Below the pieces are notes generated by a model that searched no databases, was not told where the DNA came from, and saw nothing but the letters and a program-made list of their open reading frames with translations. From assembly GCF_963921235.1 (NCBI RefSeq), contig NC_086107.1, forward strand, positions 97,156,001-97,220,000: a stretch of DNA of 64,000 nucleotides, read 5' to 3'. Source of the stretch: Mobula hypostoma (Eukaryota). Made by a program: the position numbers and the translations under genes. Of this stretch, positions 12,085 to 24,691 are shown piece after piece. Position 1 is the first letter of the stretch, and the number at the start of each line of letters is the position of its first letter.

Positions 12085-12439
12085 TATTTAAAAACAACAA
12101 TGTCTCGTTGGGAGTGAGTTTTACTTGAACCAATAAAAAGAAGCAAGGTTTAAGTGGAGTGGCCATTGTCTGAGCGCACCAGGGTTAGAGTGGTCAGGCT
12201 CCGGAATGAACAACTGGAGACTCCAAGTAATTTTCTAGTTTAAAAAAAAATTATCTTTCTTTGTCTATTGGTACATAGTTAGTGCAGTGAGATTGGATCC
12301 AGTGTTAGTGGTATGTTCCATGTGTGAGCTGTGGGAATTCTAGGAGACCTTCATTCTTCCTGATATCTATGTTATACCTGCATGAAGTGTATCAAGCTGC
12401 AGCTCCTTGGTGACTATGTTAAGGAACTGGAGTTTTGTT

Positions 12440-13015
12440 TTACTATTTATTCATTTACGGGATGTGGGCATTGCCAGATAAGCCAGCATTTGTTTCCCAT
12501 CCCTAGTTGCCCTTGAGAAGGTGGTGATGAGCTGCCTTCTTGAACTGCTGCAGTCCCTGAGGTGTAGGTACTCCCACAGCGCTGTTAGGGAGGGAATTCC
12601 ATGATTTTGACCCAACAACATTGAAGGAACGGTGATATGTTTCCAAGTCAGGATGGTGAGTGACTTGGAGGAGGATTTCCAAGTGGTGGTGTTCCCAGGT
12701 ATCTGTTGTTCTCATCCTTTTGCTTGGTAGTGGTTGTGGGTCTAGAAGGTGCTGGCTTAGGAACTTTGGTGTGTTGTTGCAGTGCATCTTGTAGACAGTA
12801 CTCACAGCTGCAACTGTTCATGGACGGTGGAGGGATTGGATGCTTGTGGAAGGGGTACCAATCAAGTGGGCTGCCTTGTACTGGATGCTGTCAAGCTTCT
12901 CAAGTGTGATGGAGCTGCACTCATCCAGGCGAGTGGCGAGTATTCCATTACACTCCTGACCTGAACCTTGTAGATGGTGGATAGGTAGATGGTAACTCAG
13001 GAGGTGAGTTACAAA
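12440..13015 (-). mobile_element. CR1/L2-group LINE 3' fragment
   Basis: ORF 12503-12805 ends SKSWNSLPNSAVG...FKKAAHHHLLKGN, a LINE ORF2 C-terminus; short 3' UTR. Confidence 0.75.
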
Positions 13016-14589
13016 TCAGTGACCTTCAGCTCAAATGGAAGAATGAGGAGGTGATAGATAGGAACTATAGGAAGATAGTCACCCCTAAGCTACAGGAGGT
13101 AGGTACCTGTCAGGAGAGGGAAAGGGAATAGGCTGCCAGTGCAGAATACCCCAGTGGCCATTCCCCTCAATAATAAGTATACCACTTTGGATACTGTTGG
13201 GGGAGGGTAAACTACCAGGTTGAAGCCACAGTAACCGGGTCCCTGGCACTGAGTCTGGCCCTGAGGCTCAGAAAGGAAGAGGAGAAGAGGGCAGAAGAGT
13301 ACTGCAGCATGATAGGGGATTCCACAGTTAGAGGAGTAGACAGGAGATTCTATGAACATGAGGGAGACACCCAGATGATGTGTTGCCTCCCAGGTGCCAG
13401 GGTCAGGGATGTCTAGGTGTGAATCCACTGCATTCTAAAGAGGGGGAGGGTGAACAGCTGGAAGTCATGGTACATATTGGTACCAATGACATAGGTAGGA
13501 AAAGGGAAGAGATCCTGAAGAGAGAGTATAGGGAGATAGGCAGAAAGCTGAAAAGCAGGATCTCAAGGGCAGTAATCTCTAGGTTGCTGCTGGTACCAGT
13601 GAGGGATGATTTGGCAGATGAACGTGTGGCTGAGAAACTGATGCAAGGGGCAGGGTTTCAGATTTTTGATCAATAGGATCTCTTCTGGGGAAGGGATGAT
13701 CTGTACAACAAGGATGGTGTCATAGAGGGGCACTGGTGGCAGACCCAAATGCAAGACACAGACACCGAAGTACGAAGAACAGGACTAGGCATGACAAGGA
13801 AGCAAGGGAAGAAGGGAAGACGGGACGTTAGACATGACACAGGCCCTGGACGAGACAAGGATTCAGAGCCTGGGCTAGGACTTGACTAGGATAGCGGAAC
13901 CAGGACATGGAACTGGGAACTAGGAGCCTGGGCTTGGACTCTGAGCCAGAGACTGGACAAGGACCCAGAACCTGGGTCTTGACTTGAGCTTGGACTCTGG
14001 AACTAGGTGAGGACATGACGAGGCTTGGGTTCTACGAGGTGAGGGTACTTCAAGGCTTGGGTATGGACTCCGAGCCAGAGACTGGGCAAGGACCCAGGAC
14101 CTGGGACTTGACTCGGGCTTGGGCTCCGGAACTAGGCGAGGACAAGACGTGGCTACAGGACGAGGAGAGGCAATAGGACTGGACGTGAGACTCCTGGACA
14201 GGACAAGGGAACTCCAGCACAGGATGGGGGATCTCCAGCACCGGGCTGGGCAAGGTACTCCTGGGCTGGGCAGGACACATGGACAAGAGGAGAACACAAA
14301 GCCATGGCTTAGACAGGACAAGGTTCTAGGATCATGGCGAGGACTGGACGAGACCTCAAATCCTTGACTTGGTCGAGGGAGAGACAGGAACGCAGAGCCT
14401 TGGTCGAGGGAGAAACAGGAATGCAGAGCCTTGGTCGAGGGAGAGACAGGAACATGGAACACAGAACTAGGACCCCTCCTTGGAAATAGGATGTAGGGTC
14501 GGGACTCATACACAGAATACAGAGCCAGGATCCCTCCTTGGGTACGGGACATAGGGCCGGGACTCATTACACAGAATGCAGAATACAAT

Positions 14590-14920
14590 GAGACAGTTAC
14601 TAACACAAGGTAGTGGCAGACAGCCAGACCTACCTAGCGAAGGTGTGGACACAGACGGTTCCCAACAATAGGTAGCATCAAACTGCCAGACCTTCCTAGT
14701 GAAGGCGTGGACACAGAGACAGATCCCAACACTAGGTAGCGGCAAATGGCCGGACGTACCTAGCGAAGGCGTGGACACAGAGACAGATCCCAACACTATG
14801 TAGCAGCAAATGGCCGGACCTATCTAGTGAAGGCATGGACACAGAGACAGATCCCAACACTAGGTAGCGGCAAATGGCCGGACCTACTTAGTGAAGGCGT
14901 AGACACAGAAACAGATCAAA
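14590..14920. repeat. Minisatellite, ~64-bp unit x5
   Basis: CTAGYGAAGGC-like starts recur at 14634, 14696, 14760, 14824 and 14888. Confidence 0.9.
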
Positions 14921-14984
14921 CAATGATAGACAGTTCCTTATCTTGCTCCGGCGATTGAACTAGACAGCAGTGCAGGCGAGAGTT

Positions 14985-15105
14985 ACAGGCAAGGCAAGGC
15001 TTCAGACGAGGCAAGGCGAGGCAAGGCTTCAGGTGAGGCAAGGCGAGGCAAGGCTTCAGGAGAGGCAAGGCAAGGCAAGGCAAGGCAAGGCAAGGCAAGG
15101 CTTCA
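14985..15105. repeat. (AAGGC)n-based microsatellite
   Basis: Read directly from the sequence. Confidence 0.9.
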
Positions 15106-15170
15106 GACGAAGCAACAGAAGGAAGGGATTCAGACAAGGGATATGGACAGGAACAATACAGCAACCAGAG

Positions 15171-16690
15171 GTTTCTTCTTCTTCTTCTCTGAGTTTTTAC
15201 GGCAGTTGGCATCCACATTGTTGCATTACTGCCATCTTCAGGATTTATTGTCCTTCACTGTCCATTCACTTTAAAGCCGTCTTTCCAGTCCTGTCGCCCT
15301 TAAAAAACTAAACAACCATTTCCTCCCCTGATCTCTCTCCCCACATTCCAATAAATCTTTTAACACTGTTCTCTACCAGTCCTATTTTGTGTAATCGTTG
15401 TAACATTTGTTGCCTTTCCTGTGCAAATTTCCAGCATGAAATAAGGATATGCTCTATTGTTTCAGTCTCCTGACGTAGATCGCAAAAACCTGTTGGATGC
15501 TTATTTATGATGGCCAGAGTGCCATTAAGGTTGCCGTGCCCAATTCTCAGTCTACTTATAATTACATGCTCCTTCCGCTTTACTCCCCTATTTCTTCCCA
15601 TATCTACTCTGTTCTGAATTGAATGTAAATGTCTTCCTTTTATTGCTCTATCCCAATGCTGCTGCCACTGTTGATTTATCCTTCTCCACACTATGCTCTT
15701 CCCCTCTGATTTTGATAGTTTAATATTGACCTCAATAGATCCTTTTTTGACGGCTGCTTTTGCCAGCCTATCTGCTGTCTCATTTCCCATAATACCCGAA
15801 TGTGCTGGAACCCACATGAATGTGATATTTTTGCTTTGTCTAGCCAGTCTTGAATTTGCAAACAGGATTTCATAAAGCAGATACTGGTGACCTCTAGCTG
15901 TACCCGCCTTAATGCTTGCAAGGGCCGATACAGAATCGCTACATATCACAAAATTATTAGAATCAACCTGCTCACTCCATTCTAGTGCTAACAATATGGC
16001 AAACATTTCAACTGCATATACACTCAAGCAATCAGGTGTTCTCTTGCTAATTTCCACTCGATAACTTGGTACAACAATTGCAGACCCTGTTGCACCTGTT
16101 TCTGGATCCTTTGATCCATCAGTAAAAATCTGTATACCTTTATACTTACATTCCCTATAACTATGATATTCACTGAGTATATCAGCCGTCTTATTACTGT
16201 GCTTAATCTTAAGCAATTCCAAATCTACAGAGGGAGTTTCTAATACCCAGAAAGGTCTGACAGGCCACACCACACTTGGACAAAACTCTTTATCGTATAC
16301 ACCCATATCTTTTGCTGTTTGCTCTCCTGTCCGGCCAAAACTTTCTTTTTGTGTCCTCTCCTTCTCCCGGCATGTCTGCAACACCCTTTTTGTAGGATGG
16401 CTATCACCATGCCCCCTTAAATTAATCCAGTAATTGGCCTCCAGCTGTTTACGCCGCAGCCCCAATGACATTTCATTTGCTTCAACTTGGAGTACACACA
16501 CTGGGGAAGGTCTAACCACTCCCAAGCACACTCTTAGAGCCCGAGCTTGCACGATATCCAGTTCTGCCAGCACAGATTTTGCTGCTGACCTGTATACAAT
16601 ACTTCCATAGTCTAATCTTGATCTTATTAATGCTACATAAATATACTTCAGTGATGCAAAATCAGCACCCCATTCCAATCCAGCAAGATC
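15171..16690 (-). mobile_element. 5'-truncated Nimb/I-group LINE
   Basis: RNase H-containing ORF2 remnant, GGCAGT...ACTGCC stem in the 3' UTR and (GAA)n tail. Confidence 0.85.
15308..16690 (-). CDS. Partial LINE ORF2: RT C-terminus, RNase H and degenerate CCHC
   Basis: ~460 open codons with ALIRSRLDYG, IFTDGSK, VEMFAI, CSDSVSAL, WVPAHSGIMGNETADRLAK and ETIEHILISC; no true start. Confidence 0.8.
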   Translation of the reverse strand, partial: DLAGLEWGADFASLKYIYVALIRSRLDYGSIVYRSAAKSVLAELDIVQARALRVCLGVVRPSPVCVLQVEANEMSLGLRRKQLEANYWINLRGHGDSHPTKRVLQTCREKERTQKESFGRTGEQTAKDMGVYDKEFCPSVVWPVRPFWVLETPSVDLELLKIKHSNKTADILSEYHSYRECKYKGIQIFTDGSKDPETGATGSAIVVPSYRVEISKRTPDCLSVYAVEMFAILLALEWSEQVDSNNFVICSDSVSALASIKAGTARGHQYLLYEILFANSRLARQSKNITFMWVPAHSGIMGNETADRLAKAAVKKGSIEVNIKLSKSEGKSIVWRRINQQWQQHWDRAIKGRHLHSIQNRVDMGRNRGVKRKEHVIISRLRIGHGNLNGTLAIINKHPTGFCDLRQETETIEHILISCWKFAQERQQMLQRLHKIGLVENSVKRFIGMWGERSGEEMVV

Positions 16691-16694
16691 CAGC

Positions 16695-18450
16695 AAGTTT
16701 TTTCAGATATATTAAGAGTAAAAAAGTGGATACTGTACTAGACTGCTGGAAAGTGACTCTGGAGAATTAGTAACGGGGGACCAAGAAACTACAACCAAAC
16801 TTATATATTTTCTTCAATCTACTCTGTGGAAGACACCAGCATAATGCCAGAAATTTGAGAGTGTCAGGGTGCAGAAGTGAGTGTGGTTGCTATTACTAAG
16901 GGGAAACTGAAAGGTCTGAAGGTAGATAAGTCACTTGGACCAGATGGACTACACCCCAGGGTTCTGAAAGAGGTTACTGAAGATATTGTGGAGGCATTAG
17001 TAGTAATCTTTCAACAACTACTAGATTCTGGCACGGTTCCAGAGGACTTGAAAATTGCAAAGTCACTCCACTCTTTAAGAAGGGAGGGAGGCAGAAGAAT
17101 GAGAACTATAGGCCAGTTAGCTTGACCTCAGTGGTTGGGAAGATGTTGGAGGTGATTTTTAAGAATGAGGTCTTCCAGGGCTCTTGGAGGGACATGATAA
17201 AATAGGCCAAAGTCAGCATGGTTTCCTTTTGCCTGACAAATCTCTTGGGATTCTTTGAGGAAGTAACAGGCAGGATAGACAAGGGACAGTCAATCAGTGA
17301 ATGCTGTTTACTTGGATTTTCAGAAGGCCTTTGACAAGGTGTTGCACATAAGGCTGCTGAACAAGATAAGAGCCCATTCTATTACAGAAAAATACTAACA
17401 CAGATAGAAGATTGACTGACTGGCAGGAGGTAGAGTGGGAATAAAGGGAACCTTTTCTGGTTTGCTGCCGGTGACTAGTGGAACCACTTCTTTTCACATC
17501 ATATATCAATGACTCGGGTGATGGAATTGATGGATTTGTGACCAAGTTTGTGGACAATATGAGAATAGGTAGAGGGGCAGATGGTGTTGAGGAAACAGAG
17601 AGTCTGCAGAAGGACTTAAACAGATTAGGAGAATGAGCAGAGAAGTGGCCGATGGAATACAATGTGGAGTAGTGTATGATCATGTACTTTGGGAGAAGAA
17701 ATGAAGGCATAGACTATTTTCTAAATGGGGAGAAAATTCAAAACTCAGAGGTGCAAAGGGATTTGGGAGTCCACCCATAGGGTTCCTGAAGGTTAACTTG
17801 CAAGTTGAGTCATTGGTAAAGAAGGCAAATGCGATGTTAGCATTCATTTCCAGTGGACTAGATTATAAAAGCAAACATGTAATGCTGAGGCTTCATAAGG
17901 TATTTGTCAGACCACATTGGGAGTATTGTGAGCAGCTTTGGGCCCTCATCTCAGAAAAGGTGTGCTGGCATGGAGAAGGTCTGGAGGAGGTTCAGGAGAA
18001 TGATTCAGGAATGAAAAGATTAACATATGAGGAGTGTTTGATGGCTCTGGGCCTGTGCGCTGGAGTTTAGAAAAGTAAAGGAGGATCTCATTGAAACCTA
18101 TCGAATATTGAAAGGCCTAGATAGAGTGAATGTGGAAAGAATGATGTTTCCTATAGTGGGTGAGTCTAGGACCAGAGGGCACAGCCTCAGAATAGAGAGA
18201 TATCCATTTAAAACAGAGATGAGGAGGAATTTTTAGCCAGAGGGAGATGAATCTGTGCAATTCATTGCTGCATTTGGCTGTGGAGGCCAAGTCATTGGGT
18301 ATATTTAAAGTGGAGATTGATAGGTTCTTGATTAGTCCAAGGTTACAGTCGAAGGTGGGAGATTGGGATTGAGTGGGATAATATTCAGCCATTAAGGAAT
18401 GGCAAAACAAATGTGATGGGATAAATAGCCTCATTCTGCTCCTATGTCTT
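16695..18450 (+). mobile_element. Degenerate CR1 ORF2 and 3' end
   Basis: KSLGPDGLHPRVLKE, YLDFQKAFD, KKANAMLAFI fragments with many frameshifts. Confidence 0.9.
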
Positions 18451-18454
18451 ATTG

Positions 18455-18940
18455 GCTGGAAGGATATTGTTTGCTGTTGTGTGCTGGGGCAGCAGGCTGA
18501 GGGTGGCAGACACCAACAGAATCAACAAACTCATTGGTAAGGCCAGTGTTGTTGTGGGGATGGAACTGGACTCTCTGACGGTGGTGTCTGAAAAGAGGAT
18601 GCTGCCTAAGTTGCATGCCATCTTGGACAATGTCTCCCATCCACTACTTAATGTACTGGGTGGGCACAGGAGTACATTCAGCCAGAGACTCATTCCATCA
18701 AGATGCAACACTGAGTGTCATAGGAAGTCATTCCTGCCTGTGGCCATCAAACTTTACAACTCCTCCCTTGGAGCCAATAGGCTGGTCCTGGACTTATTTC
18801 ATAATTTACTGGCATAATTTACATATTACTATTTAACTATTTATGGTTCTATTACTATTTATTATTTATGAAGCAACTGTAACGAAAACCAATTTCCCCC
18901 AGGATTAATAAAGTATGACTATGACTATGACTATGACTAT
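18455..18940 (+). mobile_element. Rex1/Babar-like LINE 3' end with (ATGACT)n tail
   Basis: LFAVVCWGS...ILDNVSHPL...SFLPVAIKLYN. Confidence 0.8.
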
Positions 18941-19257
18941 TGGTTTTATATTTTCCCAGATACATATTTATGCAAATCCCATATGTTCATATGAGACCCA
19001 TATCCCTTAATGGCCTTCCTATCGAAGACCTGCCCAAACACATTTTACATGTTGTATTTGTGTTTGTCTCTACGATAATCTCTGGCAGCACATACCAGGT
19101 AATCACTACTCCATGTATGAAAGATTACCCCTGAGATTTCCTTTAATTTTCTCTGGTCCACACTATTTCCAGAATCAACTGCCCTGCAAAGCAGATTCTT
19201 TTTATCTATTCCATCGAAGCCTTTCATAATTTTATAAAGCCCATCATGTCACCCCTC

Positions 19258-19750
19258 AAAGGTTCAAAGTTTCATTTATTATCAAAGCATGTATCCATAT
19301 ACCGTACAACTCTGAAACTTGCCTTTTCCAGATAGCCACAATAAAAAGAAAACATGACAGAGAGAAACATCAAACCCAACCCCCCCCCACAAAAAAGAAC
19401 AGCATCCCAATCATCATCCCCCCAAAACCCCCAACCCCCTTGCACAAAACAGAACAGGAGAATTGATCCCCAAAAGCAACCTCCCCCCCACCCACACAAA
19501 GCACTAACAGAACACAACAAAGCATCAAACCCAAACCCCTCCCCTCACACAACAAAACAGAAAAGGAATGGGCAATTAAAAAACACAGTATAAAAAACAT
19601 AAGTTTGAAAAGGTCTACAGCCCATAAATGCAACAGTCCAATCCATAAACGCAGAACTACGATACCATCCTATGATACCACCGACATTCATCGAAAGAGA
19701 GGGACACCACACAAGGTAGAGAGGCCTACCTACCTGCCACAGTGAGCCTC
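19258..19750 (-). mobile_element. Non-autonomous/3'-UTR retroelement fragment inserted in an old CR1
   Basis: Rex-like TTTGAAC tail, C/A-rich body; CR1 remnants on both sides. Confidence 0.5.
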
Positions 19751-20044
19751 CTATGTTCCAAAGAGAGTAAACACAGCCTATCTAATCTCTCTTTATAATT
19801 GCAGCCCTTTACTTCAGTCAAAATCCTGCTGAATCTCTTCGGTATTTTCTCTTTCGCTACATGATCTTCCTGCAGAATGATGACCAGAGTGTTTAGTGTA
19901 TGACTATGAAAACAAAATTCCTGGAGTTTCCTTTTTAATCGGGCAAAATCTCATGCAATCAAGTGCAATATGAACAAGGTTTTGCACACATAAAAACATG
20001 ACATCACAATCATAAAAACATGACATCACACACATAAAGCATGA

Positions 20045-20578
20045 CTACTGCTGTACCACTGAGAGCATACTCACCAACTGCATCTCAGTGTGGTATGGCA
20101 ATTGTCCCGTATTGGACCGCAAAGCACTCCAGTGTGTGGTGAAAACTGCCAAGCAGATTATCGGCACCCAATTGCCCACCATTGAGAACATCTACCATAA
20201 ATGCTGCCTGGGCAGGGTGAAAAACATTATCAAGGATGCATCTCACTCTATCCATGGACTTTTTACTCTCTTCCCATCCGATAGGTGCTACAGGAGCCTC
20301 CGCTCCCACCCCAGCAGCCACAGGAAGAGCTTCTTCCCTGAGGTTGTGACACTGCTGAACCTCACATCACAGCGCTAAGCAGTATTGCACCCATATTGTA
20401 CTGTCTCAGTACTTTTATATTTGTATGCTGTAGCACTTACTTCTTATTCGCAGTTATTTTGTAATTAACACTATTCTTTGCATATCTGGTCAGATGCTAA
20501 CTGCATTTCATTGGCTTTGTATCCGTACTCGGCACAATGACAATAAAGTTGAATCTAATCTAATCTGATCCAATCTAA
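20045..20578 (+). mobile_element. Rex1/Babar-like LINE 3' end with (ATCTA)n tail
   Basis: WYGNC...IIKDASH...LFTLFPS...SFFP motifs. Confidence 0.85.
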
Positions 20579-20580
20579 TA

Positions 20581-20995
20581 CGAGGGGTGATTGATAAGTT
20601 CGTGGCCTATGGTAGAAGGAGTCAATTTTAGAAAACCTAGCACATTTATCTTTCTCACATGTACACACTTAGTCAGCAGTCATGGAGCATACGGATCCCT
20701 TCTTTGTAGAAGTGGTCTACGGCAGGGGTGATTAATAAGTTCATGGCCTAAAGTAGAAAGGTATGAGTTATTAACTTCAAACTTACTGTACTTTCACTCA
20801 AAGAGTTGAACTGCACGTGTGTGTAATGAGAGCTGTATAACTCATCCACTTCTACAAAGAAGGGATCCGTATGCTCCACAACCGCTGGACTAAGTTTGTA
20901 CATGTAGGAGGGGACTATGTTGAAAAATAAATGTGCTAGGTTTTCTAAAATTGACTCCTTCTACCTTAGGCCACAAATTTATCAATCACCCCTCA
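20581..20995. mobile_element. Mariner-type MITE
   Basis: Long TIRs starting CGAGGGGTGATTGATAA, TA on both sides, no transposase ORF. Confidence 0.85.
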
Positions 20996-21500
20996 TAAAA
21001 ATCATGACATCACAACTCTTATATTCATTGCTTCAGCCTATGAAGAAAAGCCTTCACATGGTTTCTTCACTTTCCTATCCATTTTTGTCACAACTTTTAT
21101 GGAGCTGTGGACTTGTATCCCAAGGTCTCTCAGTACATACATTTTCCTGAGGTCCCTGCTATTTGCTCTGTATGCCCAAACAGAATCAGACCCCTAAAGT
21201 GCATTACATCACACTTGTCTGTATTAAATTCCATCTAGCACAGCACCACCAAGCTTTCCAGCTATCTGAGTAGCTCTACTCTTAGACAACTTTCTACACA
21301 GTCTACAGCTCCACCAGTTTTTCTGTAGTGCTCAACCAATTTCATAACTATATACAAAAACCAAATGCTGGAAGAACAGTGCATCAGGCAGCCTCTGTGG
21401 AGGCAGAAGAATTGTTGGTGTTTTGGTATGAGATCCTGCATCAGAACGCTAAGTGTCCTTATATTCTCATTCAAATAATTTATACATATATATATATATA

Positions 21501-22144
21501 TGTAGGCTCTCAGCATACTAGATGGACTGTTAACTGTTGATCGCTTATTACCAAAATGGCTTCTCTGAAGTGTTATATTAAAATGCCTTCTCGTAATGTT
21601 AACTGCTGAGCAAGAGGTTCTCTGTAACTGCAATGCTTGAGTTATATAGGGAGATAATGGAAATCGTATTTATTTGTTAGCCAATGGAAGTCATGTTCTG
21701 TTATCTTGTATATGTGTGCTGAGTTGAGGAACACGGGCTTTTTTCGGGAGGCGAGCAGAGAGGACGGACGTGTGAGGAACGGACGGTGGTTCCCAGGCAG
21801 CGAACGCCGGACATCGGGGGTTCGGATGGTGGCCGGAGTCTTGGAAGGACGTTGTGGATGGAATCGGAGGAGTGAGCTCCAACGTATTAAAATATTACGT
21901 GCACAAGACTGATAAGTTACTTATGTGACGCCTTTTCTGGTAGTTGTTTTTACTAACCCATCACCAAAAATTTGCTACAAAGTATAATTCTTTACTCGCA
22001 CTTTGTATATTGTTTCATATTTGTGTCGTGGCTGATCATTGGGTAACTCAAACTTTATCCGCACCAAAGCAATTGCACTGTTTGGCGGGGTGGACGGCTA
22101 TTCACCCTAGGCAACGGGGGGTCAGTGGGGCAAAGACCCTTACA
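21501..22144. mobile_element. Solo LTR (probably Gypsy)
   Basis: TGTAGG...CCTTACA ends flanked by TATA; splits an old minus-strand CR1 (~21030-22400). Confidence 0.7.
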
Positions 22145-23569
22145 TATATTACAGACTAAAAGGCCCAGCACTTCTGTGATACATTACCTGTTACAGCCTC
22201 CCAATCAGAAAAGCACCCATCCACCACTACCACCTTCCTCCTATCGCCCAGCCAGTTTTCCATCCAGATTGCCAATGCACTCCTGATTCCTTTTGCCTTA
22301 ACCTTCTGGGTCAGAATGCCATGTGGGACCTTGTCAGGAGCTTACTAGAGTTTATGTACTCCGTTTGCTGATCTGCCTTCGTTAATGTTTCATTCACCCT
22401 AGCTGTTTAGTACACTTGAAGACAGATTTCCAGAGATCCAGACAACTCATTGTTGTTGACTACAAAAATCTTGACTTCATTATTGAATTTCCCTGCTTGT
22501 TCCATCCTCAACCAAACTCTGCTAGAGTAGCTTTGTGTCTGGTGTGACAGACCTTTCTCTGAACTTTTCCACTGAGCTTTCTCACAAACTAGATATTTGT
22601 AGTGCAACTTAAGTCACAGAAAAAATCATTTTTCTTTATAAAATGTGGCTATTAATTTCCCAACCAAAGTAAATGCCAATCTTTGGTTCAAGGGTCAGTA
22701 AAGATGTTCCTCAGAAGCTTGGGCACTTGCAATAAGAAATGTGCCTTCAGACCAATAAATATCCATAAAACTTTGTCCAGAGTTGATCTAAGAGATAGCT
22801 TAGAACATTCAAGACTCAAAGCATCAGAAGTTTTCAGTTCCACATAAACTGTAAACATTAAAATGTTTGCAATCTTAAAAAACATAATGAACAGGAGGAG
22901 CAGGCTCTCCTAGATAATCAAGTCTTGACTTCAACATCAAACAATGCTCGTTGTTTCTCCATTCTTGTCGGCTTTCATGTCATTTAAATGCCTGCTAACC
23001 TCTGCCTTGAATATAGTCAGCGATACTATCTCCACAGCTGGGGGAGAATTCCCAAGATTTACAGCCCTTCAAGAGAAGAAATTCCGACTCATTGTTGTTT
23101 AAAATGATTGACTCTATTCTGAAACAACGCTCTTTTGTTCAGATACCCCTGGAATCAGAACCAGGTTTATATTACTGACATATGTCATGAAATTTGTGGC
23201 GTTATGGCAGCAGTACAATAGATAGAATATACTTTAAGTTACAGTAAGAAATTAAATACAATTATATATCTATCTATCTGTAAATATATATACACAGGTG
23301 TATAGTTGGCTGCATGGACACAATGTGCCAAATGTCCTGCTCTGTGCTTTACGTTTCTATGATTCTATAGAGGTTCTGGTCTTACATGTTAGTCTGTAAA
23401 TACCAGTTTACCAAAACAGTACCCCAAAGTGTTGCATTTGCCAGAGATCTTATTCAGAACGATGAGCAGGTTGGATGAATTTCCAAGTTAACCTTACAAG
23501 AGTTTATTTCCAGATCATCAATGGTGTTAGAAATCAGCCACTGATCATTCTGCTGAGGTGGAATCCAGG

Positions 23570-23695
23570 CTCTTTCCTGGCCCGAAGGGTCGACTGTTCA
23601 TTTCCCTCCGTAGATGCTGCCTGACCTGCTGAGTTCCTGCAGCATTTTAGTGTGTGTTGCTCTAAATATCCAGCATCTGCAGAATCTCTTGTGTC
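23570..23695 (+). mobile_element. Penelope-like terminal fragment
   Basis: GTCGACTG...AGATGCTGCCTGACCTGCTGAGTTCC...CAGCATCTGCAGA shared with other PLE termini. Confidence 0.7.
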
Positions 23696-24691
23696 CACCA
23701 AACTTGGTCACTGAAACAATGAGTGTTTTGAAGCAGGTTGTTTTTCTCCCAGATAGTAATTTGTTTCTCTATAAATACAAGTCACTGACCTGGAGAGCTG
23801 TGACACGTCAATGGCTACGGGCTCTAACCTGCCAGAGTGTTCTCAGCTTCAAATATGAGACTAATACTGAATGTGAGAACAAGAGCTCCTGGTATATTGT
23901 CAAGTTCTGCTGTCAGGATCTGGACTTATTCAAGTTGACAGAAAGATGAAACAAAAGACAAAGAATGTTTATACTTACACTGCCTCAACATGACCATTGT
24001 CTCAAGACCACAGTAAACTACTTTCAGACTGCAGTGACTCTTGATGTTTTGAAACACTCCCAAGGATATGAATTTCACCATTGTCAATGAAAATTCCAAA
24101 TGGATCTGACAGCATTCTAGGCTCTTAGGTAATTGCATTCAAAATGAATATCGCATGAATTAGAAGGAGAGCTAGGAGGATTAAGGATGGGAAAGGCCTG
24201 CTCTTGGGTAGCACTTTCGAGAATCACAAAAAGCCTCACAGCCAAAGAAATAATTTTTGAAGCTGGGACACAGCTCATCTCATCACAGAAACCAGCCGCC
24301 CCTCCATGGATTGTGTCTATAGTTCCCTCTGCCCCAGTAAAGCAATCGACATAGTGAAAGCCCCTGGCCATTCTGGATATTATTTTTTCTCTATCAGGCC
24401 GAAGATATGATATTTGAAAGTATGTACACTCAGCTCAAGGATAGCCTTTACTCTGCTGTTACAATACTATTGATTGGATCCTTAGTATGATAAGAAAGAC
24501 TTCTGGCCTCGCAATCTACCTCTTTATGACCTTGCATCTCATTGTCCAAGTGCAGCTGGTACACTTTACTCCGTAGTTTGCTTTTGTTTTACCTTGTTCT
24601 ACCTCAATGTCTGGTGTAGTGATTTGATCCATATGTAAGGTATTCAAGACAAGCTTTATTATGCACTATTATCGTGTCAAAATGTACATCT

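Larger units (their letters stand above)
11740..13717 (+). mobile_element. CR1 5' region/ORF1 (zinc finger plus SGNH esterase), interrupted
   Basis: CxxC...CxxC near 12310-12390; IGDSTVRG, CCLPGAR and VHIGTNDIG motifs at 13310-13500. Confidence 0.8.
13718..15170 (-). mobile_element. LTR-like segment expanded by internal tandem repeats
   Basis: Abruptly interrupts CR1 ORF1; minus-strand end GCATTTGGGTC...ATGACA resembles fish Gypsy LTR ends; other end is lost at the Nimb insertion. Confidence 0.5.

Noticed and set aside
13920..14606. 228-aa Ser/Pro-rich ORF as a host gene
   Set aside because: It is a translation of tandem repeats in an LTR-like segment
14590..14920. Regularly spaced repeats as a CRISPR array
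   Set aside because: The whole 64-bp unit repeats with no unique spacers, there are no cas genes, and the context is eukaryotic
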